This document shows, in pieces, positions 11,877 to 23,925 of a DNA stretch of 64,000 nucleotides (the stretch's first letter is position 1; each line of letters starts with the position of its first letter). The notes beneath the pieces are model-generated. The model was not told the origin of the DNA and ran no database searches. It saw only the letters and a list, made by a program, of their open reading frames with translations. Both the position numbers and the translations under genes were made by a program. The DNA is from Squalus acanthias (Eukaryota), in NCBI GenBank assembly GCA_030390025.1, contig CM059434.1, positions 131,502,001 to 131,566,000 of the forward strand. The letters are read 5' to 3'.

Positions 11877-13319
11877 TCATAAACCAGAAATTGTGGCAGC
11901 AATGTGGTGGGTTTGGAAATGATACCAATGTCTCTTTCCATAAATTCCAATGTCCATTTGCTGAGGCGCTGCGAGGAAACTAGCGAATCTCCAGGTTTCA
12001 TCAGTCGGTTCAGAGGCGTGTGAGCGCTGTGAAGGATGGTCACTTGTAGCCCAGAAATAAAGGTAAAATAATGTAGCGCCCAGAAGACGGCCAGCAGGTG
12101 GCGCTCACATGCAGGATTCGAGACGCATATGCAATGGGCTGTCGTCGATCAGCTCGCGTTCGGCACAGAACTGCGGCGAGGCTTTGTTCTGTGGCCCCAA
12201 CCTCCAAATGGAAGGACTGCGTGGGATCTGGAGGAATCAGACATGCGGCCTGCATCACTGCAGTTTTTAATTTGGCCACGGACTGGGTGTGAGCATCAGT
12301 CCATGCCGGGCGTAGGTCATCACCCTGCAGTTGTATCAAATCATACAGGGGCTTTGCGCACTCTGCAAAGCCTGGGATAAAGTTCCTTTGGTACCTCACC
12401 AAACCCAAGAATGGTCGTAGGGCTGTTTTGGAACTGGGTAATGGTAGTCGCTGTATTATCTCCACCTTGTGGGAGTCGGGGGATGATCCCTCTGGAGAAA
12501 TGGACGCTCCTAGAAAGGTGACCCGTTCTTTCACCAACTGAGCCTTCCGGGGATTCACCTTTAGTCCCGCCTGAGCCAACAATGTCAACACTTCGTGCAA
12601 AAGGGACCGATGCTCCTCCATGCTATCAGTTGCCAGCAGTAGATCGTCTACATACTGTAGCAAGCAGGTAGGGTGGGAAAAGTCTTTTAAAACTGCAGCC
12701 ATTCTTTTGTGGAAGATCGTGGGGGCATTGTGGAACCCCTGAGGCAGGCATGTCCAGGTGTAGCTCTGGTCCTCAAATGTGAACGCGAATTTGTACTGGT
12801 CCTCCCTTTTAACAGGGATACTCCAGAATCCATTGGCGATGTCGAGGGTCGAGAAGTACTTGGAACCAGCAGGATTTGAGATAATATGGTGGGAGCTCCT
12901 CTTACTACCGGTGAGCAGGCTGGCGTTACAGAATTTAACTTTCTGTAATCAATGGTCAGTCGCCAGCTGCTATCGGGCTTTTTAACTGGCCATGTGGGTG
13001 AATTGGTTGTGAAAGTGCCTGTCCTAACAACACCCTGCTCGACTAGGGATTTTATGGTGTCTCGGATGTAAGGGTGACTCTCCCTTGGGATGGGGTACTG
13101 TTTGGTGAATGAGTGGGGGGGTCCCTCAATAGACTTTTCGCCTGCCATTTTTCCACAATCGTGCTTGCACGTGGCAAACACCGCTCGGTATTCCTGAATT
13201 AGTTTTGCCACAGCTTCATTTTCGCTCCCCGGACGGTCACACTCGGATAGCTTTATAATAGCAAAAACAGAGTGAGCATCTGAAATTTCTATCACTTTTG
13301 CATTATTTCTCAATCCCAT
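11877..13319 (-). pseudogene. pol: Reverse transcriptase plus degenerate RNase H-like tether of pol
   Basis: NSPTWPVKKPDSSWRLTIDYRKLN, LPQGFHNAPTIFH, LLQYVDDLLL; tether FHLEVGATEQSLAAVL...PIAYASRIL lacks the catalytic DAS. Confidence 0.93.
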
Positions 13320-13720
13320 CTAAACACAGTCCCGATTGTAATCTATTACTGCGTCATTCTGATCCAACACATCAGTCCCTAAAATTCCCCTTCCGTCAGG
13401 GGTGGTCATCAGCATCGGCGCTGGGACCTCACAGGTGAGGCCTCCCAACTGAAGTTCAGAGGCCTTCCCTGTCTACGCGGTGGTTGTATCACCATTAAAC
13501 CCTTTAAGGGCCATACAACCCTTGCCCGCCGCTGCATGGCGTTCAGAGTATGGGGTGTGGATGATGGTAACGGCTGAGCCAGTGTCTATCAGCATAATCT
13601 GCTGCCGGCCCCCTTTTAAGATAACAAGGACTACTGGTCTCCCCGCTACCATCACATCGTAACCCCAGTTCCGACCAATCTTTGGGGGCCAAACCCCGTC
13701 ATAGAGTGGATCCTTGGAGG
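13320..13720 (-). pseudogene. pro: Retropepsin protease
   Basis: MLIDTGSAVTII in ORF 13473-13988; GILGTDVL near 13365-13390. Confidence 0.85.
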
Positions 13721-13917
13721 GGTCCCTCCAATAGGTGTGCATTGACGATAGGGTTTTGCATTCCCAATGGGTGTGCATTGGCGATTGCGTGCACCGGTAA
13801 ATGATTTTGCATCCCCCCCCCCCCCCGTGACAATTTGGGCTTTCATGAGGGTTATCAACTGGTCCAATTGTTGATCCGTCCCAGAGGGCTTGGATTCGTC
13901 CTTTTTTAGAAGGGTAA

Positions 13918-15583
13918 CTAACTGAGCCAATTGTTGTTCCATCCAGAGGGTTTGGGTTCGTTCCTCGGGAGGTATCTATGCGTTGCATCGTGATCCGGTG
14001 CCTGTCTGGGTCTCCGGCAGTGTTTTGCTCGGTGACCTTCCTTCTTACAATTAAAGCACTGTCCCCTAAAGGGGTAGTACCTCGATCCCTCCACCGCTGA
14101 CACTGCTTTCTTTGCGGTGGGTGGTGACTTCACCTTTAACTGGTCTTTTACCATCTCCCAGGCTCTTTGAACGTTAGTCTCTATATTTGTCCACTGATCG
14201 GCGGGCCTCGCGGCTATGCCCAGGGTGGTTTTAACGAGAGTGGAGTTGGGTCAGGAACGTTGTTCTGAATTGTTCCTGGTCCTTTCTTGCTGCAGCATGT
14301 GCGGGTGCCTGGTTCTGGGGACGTTCACAGATATCGTACAGGCGATTACTGAAGGCTCTAGGGGTCTCATCTGGGCGCTGTTCAGTCTGACTAAGCATAG
14401 CCACTAAGTTTAAGTTTTGGATCCCTAAATGGTTTAGGATCTCGGTCACGACTGCATCGGTCGCTGTGCCACGCTGGAGGATCACGTCTGGCAGATTATT
14501 CTTTAAAGAAGTGGAACAGGCCAAGAGGAGGACGCGTGTTAAGTCTCCCTCGTCTAACTCTGGGTGACACCTCCTGAAATCTGCCCACCTTCTATTAACT
14601 ACCAGTGGGTCGTCCCCATCATTAATGGGCCCCAACTCGTGGCTACACACCGTGGCGTCAGTACCAAATATGGGCCGTGAGTCGGTATGGTTACTAATGA
14701 TGTGACCATGCACGTTACGCTGTAAAGAGGTGGTCACTACTGCTACGGTTGGCCCTTGTGTCTCCAAGGTATCCCATCCTACACCGCCCTCCTGGGGATT
14801 ATACTGACTGCCTTCCTCTTCCCAATCTGTCTCCCCCTCGTCCCCTTCTGTTGTCTCTGTTCTGGCTCCCCGTGTTACTGCGGATACTAGAGCCTGTTGC
14901 TGCCCTAATTTACTCTTTAGCCGCGCTATTTCTAGGTGGCACCGGGAGTGGTCTGCCTCCCTATGTGGCTTCTTAATTGCTTCCCTTAATGCCCCCCTAA
15001 CGTCTTCTACTTCCTGACGGAGCCCCAGGTTTTCCAATTTAGATTTCTTGATGGCTAATCTGGTTTCATTTGCTGCAGCGACGGCTGCTCCTGCATTTAA
15101 ATTTGAGAGGCTTCGTTGCTGTAGCAATGAAGCTGCCTGCTCGGCTCCTCTTTCTAGTTGCCTGATACTGTGGCTTAATCGATCGATTTCTTGTCTCAAA
15201 TGCTGGCTTTCTCCCTCCTTTAACTGCCTAACAAGCTGGATGCCTTCTTCTTTCTGTTCTTTCATACTTTGAATCTCTTTTTCTTTTAGTTGAATTTCTT
15301 TGACTTTTAGTTCTTTTAAATCTTGTATCTCTCCCTTTAAATCTCGAATCTCTTTTGCATCCTGCCTCATCAATTCCTCATCTCTCCGAGCACAGTAATG
15401 TGCCCCGAATGCCAAGAGACCGTTTGCCTGTTTGGGCCTTAGCTTTCCCTCATCTACCCTCTCCTGGATAAATGCCACGAGCTCCCCAAAGGCCGCATGT
15501 TGGCCCTTACAGATGTATCGTGCCCGTAACTCTTGTAAGTCCCTTATGGACACCTTTTCGTATATTTTTTTCTGGTAGGCCAC
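13918..15583 (-). pseudogene. gag: Gag (coiled-coil N-terminal region, capsid-like region, CCHC knuckle), frameshifted
   Basis: 450-aa ORF 14231-15583 immediately after the PBS; Q.PDETPRAFSNRL motif; CFNCKKEGHRAKHC in ORF 13918-14154. Confidence 0.88.
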
Positions 15584-15732
15584 AGCTACGGCTTTTGCTG
15601 GCTTTTCCTATGCCCCCGATCCCTTCCTCCTGTGTCTTTTGAATTTACTGTTAAACTTTGCACCGCAGGTTAGAATCGCAACTCCCAAAATTTCCAATTG
15701 TTTAACAGAATGATCGAAAGCTGTCTCGCCAG

Positions 15733-15749
15733 ATCCCAATGAGCCCCCA
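15733..15749 (-). promoter_or_regulatory. Primer-binding site, tRNA-Pro-like
   Basis: TGGGGGCTCATTGGGAT, 4 nt after the 5' LTR; the canonical Pro PBS is TGGGGGCTCGTCCGGGAT. Confidence 0.8.
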
Positions 15750-15753
15750 GTTT

Positions 15754-17161
15754 TGTAAGCTTTTTATTTTGACTGGCATTAAATTAACAGCAAGACCAAT
15801 TCTTTTGAAACTATTTGGAATAAGTTCATTAAACACACACACTCGTGCACATCAAAACAATAGCCTACTGGTATCTACGGACTCTACTCAATTACAACAG
15901 GTAAGGTAATGGGTTAGATTTAAACAGACTTGTACTTCCCTGAGTCAAGCAATGCACGCGGCCTTTTTCCTTGCTTCTTGGTCTGGTCCTTCAGTGTGCC
16001 AGTACAGCCTTCGGTCACCTGAGGAAGAGAGTGTTTGAAGACCAGGACCTCAAACCCGGCACCAAGCTCATGGTCTACAGAGCAGTAGTGATACCCGCCC
16101 TCCTGTATGCCTCAGAGACATGGACCATGTACAGCAGGCACCTCAAAGCACTGGAGCAGTACTACCAATGCTGTCTTTGCAAGATACTGCAAATCCATTG
16201 GCAGGATAGGCGTACCAACGTCAGTGTTCTCGCTCAGGCCAACATCCCCAGCATCGAAGCTTTGACCACACTCGATCAGCTCCGATGGACGGGCCACATC
16301 GTCCGCATGCCCGATACGAGACTCCCAAAACAAGCGCTCTACTCGGAGCTGTGACGGGGCATGAGAGCCCCAAGTGGGCAGAGGAAACGCTTCAAGGACA
16401 CCCTCAAAGCCTCCTTGAAAAAGTGCAACATCCCCACCGACACCTGGGAATCCCTGGCCCAAGACCGCACAAAGTGGAGGAGAATCATCTGGGAAGGCAC
16501 CGAACACCTCGAGTCTCTTTGCCGGGAGCAAGCGGAAGCCAAGCGCGAACAGTGGAAGGAGCGCACGTCAACCCAAGCACCCCACCCACCCGCCCCTTCA
16601 ACCACCGTCTGCCCCACCTGTGACAGAGACTGTAGGTCCCGCATTGGACTCATCAGTCACCTGAGAACTCATTTTTAATGTGGAAGCAAGTCATCCTCGG
16701 TTCCGAGGGACTGCCTAAGAAGAGAGGGAGGGCTTCCTGCTTTTCCGCTTGGTCATCCAGAGAGAGAGCGAGAGCCTTTGGGTTCCTTATTTTATATCTT
16801 TTTAAGTCCATTGTCTCTAGTCTAAATTGCTAAGACCCCAGGATTGGGTCTTAGTTTCCTGGCAGTTCTTGATTGGCTTTCCTTTGAACAAGTGTCTGTC
16901 TGCAGTGGCTGGGGCCATTTCTTGATTCAGTTAATTGTTTGTTAACACCTTTTAATGGCTCTTGAGTTTCGATGGGTTTTCGATGCTGTCTCTGTGGGGG
17001 TTTTCCTGTTATGCAGGTTTCCTTTGTTAAGTTTCGCGCCGTTGCCTTGAGCTCCGCTCCCAGGGAGATCCATACACATCAAATTCATCTTTATTACATA
17101 CATCTTATATTAATAGTCTCGAGTCCATCACACATACAAAACATATATTTTTATTCTTACA
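15754..17161 (-). repeat. 5' LTR, interrupted by an RTE fragment
   Basis: TGTAAG...CTTACA termini; colinear with 8057-8722 once 15986-16722 is removed. Confidence 0.92.
15986..16722 (+). mobile_element. RTE-clade LINE 3' fragment inserted in the 5' LTR
   Basis: AFGHLRKRVF, LLYASETW, LRWTGHIVRMPDTRLPKQ, C-terminal CPTC..C..H..H; TAAGAAG tail. Confidence 0.9.
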
Positions 17162-19220
17162 AGGCGATGGATAGGATGCTAATCAAGCGGACTGCTTTGT
17201 CCTGGATGGTGTCGAGCTTCTTGAGTGTTGTTGGAGCTGCACTCATCCAGGGAATTGAAGAGTATTCCATCACACTCTTGTCTTGTGCCTTGTAGATGGT
17301 GGAAAGGCTTTGGGGAGTCAGGAGGTGAGACACTCGCCGCAGAATACCTAGCCTCTGACCTGCTCTTGTTGCCACAGTATTGATGTGGCTGGTCCAGTTA
17401 AATTTCTGGTCAATGGTGACCCCCCCCAGGATGTTGATGGTTCGGGATTTGACGATGGTAATGTCGTTGAATGTCAAGGGGCGGTGGTTAGACACTTTCT
17501 TGTTGGAGATGGTCATTTCCAGGTACTTGTTAGGCATGAATGTTAGCTGCCAATTATCAGCCCAAGCCTGGATGCTGTCCGGGGCTTGCTGCACGCAGGC
17601 ATGGACTGCTTCATTATCTGGGGGAATGCGAATGGAACTGAACACTGTGCAATCATCAGTGACCATCCCCAATTCTGACCTTATGATGGAAGTAAGGTCA
17701 TTGATGAAGCAGCTGAAGATGGCTGGGCCCAGGACACTGCCCTGAGGAACTCCTGCAGCGATGTCCTGGGGCTAAGATGATTGGCCTCCAACAACCATAA
17801 TCATCTTCCTTTGTGCTAGGTATGACTCCAGCCAGTGGAGAGTTTTCTCCTCATTCCCATTGACTTCAGTTTTACTAGGGCTCCTTGATGCCACACTCGG
17901 TCAAATGCTGCCTTGATGTCAAGAGCAGTCACTCTCACCTCACCTCTGGAATTCAGCTCCTTTGTCCATGTTTGGACCAAGGCTGTCATGAGTTCTGGAG
18001 CTGAGTGGTCCTGGCGGAACCCAAACTGGGCATCAGTGAGCAGGTTATTGGTGAGTAAGTGCCGCTTGATAGCACTGTTGATGACACCTTCCATCACTTT
18101 GCTGATGATTGTGAGTAGACTGATGGAGCGGTAATTGGTCGGATTGGATTCATCCTGCTTTTTGTGGACAGGATATAGCTGGGCAATTTTCTGCTTTGTC
18201 AGGTAGATACTAGTTTGATAGCTGTACTGGAACAGCTTGGCTAGAGGCGTGACTGGTTCTGATACACAAGTCTTCAACACTACAGGTGGGATGTTGTCGG
18301 GGTCCATAGCCTTTACTGTTTCCAGTGCGCTGAGACATGACTGCATGTGGCAGGACTGCAGAACTTTGAACTGATCCATTGGTTGTGGGATCGCTTGCCT
18401 CTGTCTATAGCATGCTGCTTCTGCTGTTTAGCATGCATGTAGACCCGAGTTGTAGCTTCAGCAGGTTGGCACCTCATTTTCTAGTACGGCTGGTGCTGCT
18501 GTGGCACTCCTCTTTGAACCAGGGTTGGTTGCCTGGCTTGATGGTCATGGTAGAGTGAGGAATATGAGGTTACAGATTGTGGTGGCATACAATTCTGCTG
18601 CTGCTGATGGCCCACAGCACCTCATGGATGCCCAGTTTTGAGCTGCTAGATCTGTTGTGAATCTATCCCATTTAGCACGGTGGTAGTGCCACACAACACG
18701 ATGGAGGGTGTCCCAAGTGTGAAGACGGAACTGCATCTCCACAAGGACTGTGCAGTGGTCACTCCTACCAATACTGTCATGGACAGATGCATCTGCGACA
18801 GGTAGTGGGTGAGGACGAGGTCAAGTAGGTTTTTCCCGCGCGTTGCTTCTCTCACCACCTGTCGTAAGCCCAGTCTGGCAACTATGTCGTTCAGGGCGCG
18901 GCCAGCTTGATCAGTAGTGGTGCTACCAAGCCCCTCTTCGTGATGGACATTGAAGTTCCCCCATGCAGAGTACATTCTGGGCCCTTGCCACTCTCAGTGC
19001 TTCTTCCACGTGGTGTTCAACATGGAGGAGTACTGATTCATCAGCTGAGGGAGGGCGGTAGGTGGTAATCAGCAGGAGGTTTCCTTGCCCATGCTGGACC
19101 TGAAGCCATGAGACTTCATGGGGTCCGGAGCCAATGTTGAGGACTCCCAGTACCCTCCCTCCCGACTGTATACCACTGTGCCGCCACCCCTGTTGGGTCT
19201 GTCCTGCCGGTGGGACAGAT
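17162..19220 (-). mobile_element. Degraded LINE of a second CR1-like family (APE plus RT), cut at its 3' side by the LTR
   Basis: GNFNVHH, LLDLVLT, NYRSISLL, QFGFRQ, LDIKAAFDRVWHQG, WADNWQLTF in ORFs 17157-18975. Confidence 0.85.
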
Positions 19221-19579
19221 CACTGAAGAATAGCTAAATGGACAAGACAGCTTGCATCTGCTGAAAGAGGGAATTGAGGGATGTGCTGGAAAAGTGGAGC
19301 TAAGTTAAACCAAAAAATGTAAGCTTATTGGCCGCATGAGCCTTTTCCAAAACCTTATATTTTTGCCGCTTTGTTAACACAAACCACAAACACCTTGACA
19401 TTTAAATCAACAGAGGACACAGTGATACATCATTTTATTTCCCATCCTTCTAGTTTTCGGACACATCTGTAGTAATGTATCCTCCCTGGAGCTAGGGTAA
19501 GGCCCATGCAAATAAGCAGATGACATCTGCTTTGGAAATCCCAGACTGATGAGTTAGTAACATTAAAATGTTTTACTTT

Positions 19580-20378
19580 ATCCTAAATATTGGAAAGACC
19601 GAAGCCATTGTCTTCGGTCCCCGCCACAAACACCGTTCCCTAGCCACCGACTCCACCCCTCTCCCTAACATCTGTCTGAGGCTGAACCAGACGGTTTGCA
19701 ACCTTGGTGTCATATTTATTTGACCCTGAAATGAGCTTCCGACCACATATCCGCGCCATCACTAAAACCGCCTTTTCCGCCTCCGTTACATCGCCTGACT
19801 CCGCCCCTGCCTTCGCTCATCCGCTGCTGAAACGCTCACCCAGGCCTTTGTTACCTTTAGACTTGACTATTCCAGAGCTCTCCTGGCCGGCCTCCCACAT
19901 TCTACCCTATGTAAACTTGAGGTCATCCAAAACTCTGCTGCCCGTGTCCTAACTCGCACCAAATCCTGTTCTTGCTGACCTACATTGGCTTCCTGTTTTC
20001 ATCCTTGTTTTCAAATCCCGCCCTGGCCTCGCCTCTCCCAATCTCTGTAATCTCCTCCAGCCCTACAACCCTCCGAGATATCTGCGCTCCTCTAATTCTG
20101 GCCTCTTTAGCATCCCCTATTTTAATCGTTCAACTATAGATGGTCGTGCCTTCAGCTGCCTAGGTCCTAAGCTCTGGAATTCCCTCCCTAAACCTCTCCG
20201 CCTCTCTTTTCTCCCTTTAAGACGCTCCTTAAAACCTACCTCTTTGACCAAGCTTTTGGTCACCTGCCCTAATATCTCCTTATGTGGCTCGGTGTCCGAT
20301 TTGGTTTTATAATCGCTCCTGTGAAGCACCTTGGGACGTTTTACTATGTTCGAGGTGCTATATAAATACAAGTTGTTG
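19580..20378 (+). mobile_element. L2 LINE 3' fragment
   Basis: LNIGKTEAIVFG-like start, 'ctctggaattccctccct', and L2-type end 'ccttgggacgttttacta...ctatataaatacaagttgttgt'. Confidence 0.8.
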
Positions 20379-20617
20379 TCCCCGCAAACCACAAGAAGCA
20401 CTCTGTTGGGCACAGGTGTGAGTGAAGTGTGAGATGCTGCTGTCGCTCAGAGTAAACACGTGACAATGTGACCAGCTGTTGATCATCTGACCAGAAGGGG
20501 CTGCAACTGTGCAGACGTCCACGCTCATTAGGTTATTAATGTTAAAGAGTTCTGTGAAACACAAGGCAGAAAAATGAGCACACAGAGTGCAGTGCAACAG
20601 CAAGCATCTTTTAGAAA

Positions 20618-20926
20618 GAAAAGAAAGACTTGCATTTATATAGCGCCTTTCACAACCACCGGACGTCTCAAAGAGCTTTACAGTCAATGAAGTACTTTTG
20701 GAGTGTAGTCACTGTTGTAATGTAGGAAACACGGCAGCCAATTTGCGCACAGCAAGCTCCCACAAACAGCAATGTGATAATGACCAGATAATCTGTTTTT
20801 GTTATGTTGGTTGAGGGATAAATATTGGCAGAATTCCTCATCTTTTCTTCGAAATAGTGCCATGGGATCTTTTACGTCCACCTGAGAGGACAGACAGGGC
20901 CTCGGTTTAACGTCTCATCCGAAAGA
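20618..20926 (-). mobile_element. Deu-domain SINE (SacSINE1-like) with L2-type tail
   Basis: 'cttgcatttatatagcgcctttcac...gcagccaatttgcgcacagcaagctcccac...gtgccatgggatcttttac...ggtttaacgtctcatccgaaaga'; degraded relatives at about 43615-43700 and 53765-54228. Confidence 0.7.
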
Positions 20927-21160
20927 AGCTGAACCTCTTTGGCAGGTTTTATAAATGTGAATCTAATTGTTCCGATAATGGTGTGGTGGAATCAGATTCC
21001 ACAGTAACTTTCAAAAGGCAATTGGACATGTACTTGAAGAGGACTAATTTGCAGGGTTATGGGGAAAAAGCTGGGGTGTGGGCTAACTGGCTGGCTTTTT
21101 CAAAGAGCTGGCACAGGCATGACGGGCACAATGGCCTCCTTCTGTGCTGTAAGATTCTAT

Positions 21161-21904
21161 GGGGTAAGAATTGAGTCGCGCCCCTTTTGGGGCGCTAACC
21201 TCGCCGGGGCGCGACTTTTAGCGCCCCGAAAAAATTAGCGGCCCCGCGCCGGAACTTCAGTGGTTGCGCCCCAAGAGGGAAGCGGGGCGCAACTGGAAGC
21301 AGCCCGCATCCCTCTTGGGGCGCTGCGAGTGAATATCCTGGCGCTACGCTGCGGCACGTCGCGCCGCGGTATTGCAGGCCTTCCTCCCCTTCTTAAAGGG
21401 GAGGGACCCTGCGCAGCGCGAACCGGGGCCCAGCTGGGCCCCCAGGGATCGGGAGTGCCGGCAAAAGAGCCCGGCACTCAAGAGAAGTGCTGGGCTCTTG
21501 GAGCGCAGCCGGCACTTCACGGTGGGGGGGCTTCACGGGGGCCGGGGGCAGGTGCTGGCAGGCGGCCAGCAACAAAAATGGCCGCCTGCCACCTCCGCTT
21601 TAAATATCGCCGCCCCGGCCGCACGTACGCCTCCCTGAACCTGTCGGACATAGCGTCTGGCGGTAAATCAGGGGGCGCGACTGAAGATCACGGCCGGGGC
21701 GCGAGCGGGGTGCTGCGCACGGCGATGACGTCATCGCCGGCGGCGCAGCGCCACAGGGCGCTACCGGCTGCCGCCGCCGCTAACCTCCCACTAAATTTTT
21801 CGGGAGGCGTGGGCGGCGCTGCGCCCGGGCGTTAGCTGCTTTACGCCCCATTAGCGCCCTCTTAAGGCGCTAACGGGAGGCGCAAGCAGCTGAATTTTTC
21901 CCCC
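21161..21904. mobile_element. GC-rich non-autonomous DNA transposon (Harbinger-like MITE)
   Basis: Imperfect TIRs GGGGTAAGAATTGAG / CTGAATTTTTCCCCC; 3-bp TSD TAT inside a (GATTCTAT)n CR1 tail. Confidence 0.7.
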
Positions 21905-22658
21905 TATGATTCTAATTATTACTATTTGCACGAGAGAAAAACATCTCCAGATTCTGATATTCAACCCAAACATCTTTGAACTTTTATTCATTGAATTATT
22001 TTACATATTTAACACAGGAGGCGAATTCAACAATAACTGCCGGTCTACTAAAACCCATTCTTCCTGGAGCCCTGGGACTGATGAGAGATATATAGCAAAA
22101 TAAAAAAAATCCATATATAGAATCTCAAGTTCTTTTTTTAACTCGGAGCGCCTTCTACAGAAATGCAACCAAATATGGTCTGGTTACATTTCATGCAATG
22201 CAGTAAGCAAAACCACACCATTGGTCAACTACCAGTTGCTGTGATGTCTGCACTGATTCCTGTCAAACTGTGTAAGCAGTTTGTAGCAGGGTGCAGTTAA
22301 AGAGACAATGCGGGTAATTTTAATTCGCCAGGATGGGCGGTGGGAGGAGGGAGGGGTGGGTGCGAAGGGTAGGTGGGCGAAAGATTAAAAACAATAGAAA
22401 ACCTAACCCTAACCCACCTTCAACGCGGTTTTAACGGAGGCGGGTTGGGGGGCTGGTGATTAAACTGCTCTCCGGAGGCTGGTCCCGAATTTAAATATTT
22501 TAATGAGGCTCCATTTTTAATTTTAATTCTGGCCGGCCGAGTTTCCCTGCTTGCAAGCTTATCTGCAAACTACCCTGCGATCGGACACCCCACCCCCACC
22601 CTCACCCATGTCCGCTCTCCTCCCGATGTCCAACAACCACCCATGTCACTCACCTCCT

Positions 22659-23925
22659 GACCTTTGCCAATTTGATTTGTCCAGTCTATATGAAGATTAA
22701 AGTCCCCCACGATTATTGCGTTACCTTTGTTACAAGCTCCTGCTATTTCTTGATTAATATTCTGTCCAACGGTATAGCTACTGTTAGGGGGCCTATATAC
22801 TGCCACCAGTTTTTTCTGCCCCTTGTTATTCCTTAGCTCCACCCATACTGATTCTACTTCCTGATCTTCCGAGCCGTGATCCTTTCTCTCTACTGTCCTT
22901 CTGTCATCCTTTATTATCAGGGCTACTGACCCCTCCTTTTACATTCTGCCTGTCTTTTCGAAACGTCAAGTACCCTGGAACATTTAGTTCCCAACCTTGG
23001 TCACCTTGCAACCACGTCTCTGTAATGGCTATTAGATCAAACCCATTTATCTCTATTTGTGCCACTAGTTTGTCTATCTTGTTACGAATGCTTCATGCAT
23101 TCAGATAAAGAGCCTTTAATTTAATTTTTTTTACAATTATTCCCTGCTTTGACCTTATTCTCTGCTGCACTGCTACCGTTAAACTCTCTGTCCCTTCCTG
23201 TCACACTCTGCTTATTTTCGCTACACTGCTCTATTGCCTTGACCTTTCTCTTTAGATTTCTAAATTTCCCCTCACCTGACCCCTCCCCCCCCTTTTTTAG
23301 TTTAAAGCCCTATCTACAGCCCTAGTTATTCAATTCGCCAGGATGCTGGTCCCAGCCCGGTTTAAGTGGAGCCCGTCCCGATGGAACAGCTCCCTCTTTC
23401 ACCAGTACTGGTGCCAGTGCCCCATGATTGGAAACCCTTCTTCCCACACCACTCTTTGAGCCACTCATTTAACTCTCTGATCTGCTTGACCCTATGCCAA
23501 TTTGCACGTGGCTCAGGTAGTAATCCAGAGATTATTACCCTTGAGGTTCTACTTTTTAATTTAGATCCTAGCTCCTCAAACTCCCTCAGCAGAATCTCTT
23601 TCTTAGTTCTACCTATGTCGTTGGTTCCTACACGGACCACAACAACTGGATCCTCCCCCTCACACTCCAAGTTCTTCTCCAGCTGCGAGGAGATATCCTT
23701 AACCCTGGCACCGGGCAGGCAACACAGCCTCTGGGACTCTTTCGCGGCTGCAGAGAACAGTATCTATCCCCCTGACTATATTATCCCCTACTACTACCAC
23801 ATTCCTTCCTTCTCGCCCTACTTGGATGGCCCCCTGTACCACGGTGCTGTGGTCAGTTTGCCCATCCTCCCTGCATTCCTTTTCCTCATCCACACAAGTA
23901 GCAAGTACCTCGTACCTGTTGGACA
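22659..23925 (-). mobile_element. CR1 LINE 5' portion (ORF1 SGNH-esterase plus start of APE)
   Basis: VVVVGDNIVRG, VVVVRVGTND, IISGLLP; YRPPN, GDFNLHIDW. Confidence 0.88.

Larger units (their letters stand above)
8057..17161 (-). mobile_element. Endogenous retrovirus-like provirus (two LTRs, gag, pro-pol with tether plus RNase H, small TM ORF), decayed
   Basis: Paired ~670-bp LTRs with TGTAAG...CTTACA termini, PBS, PPT, and gag/PR/RT/RH/IN motifs in retroviral order on the minus strand; many stops and frameshifts; two LINE insertions. Confidence 0.95.

Noticed and set aside
19418-19450. CACAGTG heptamers here and near 48966 and 59960 as V(D)J signals
   Set aside because: No nonamer at 12- or 23-bp spacing and no adjacent V/D/J segment.
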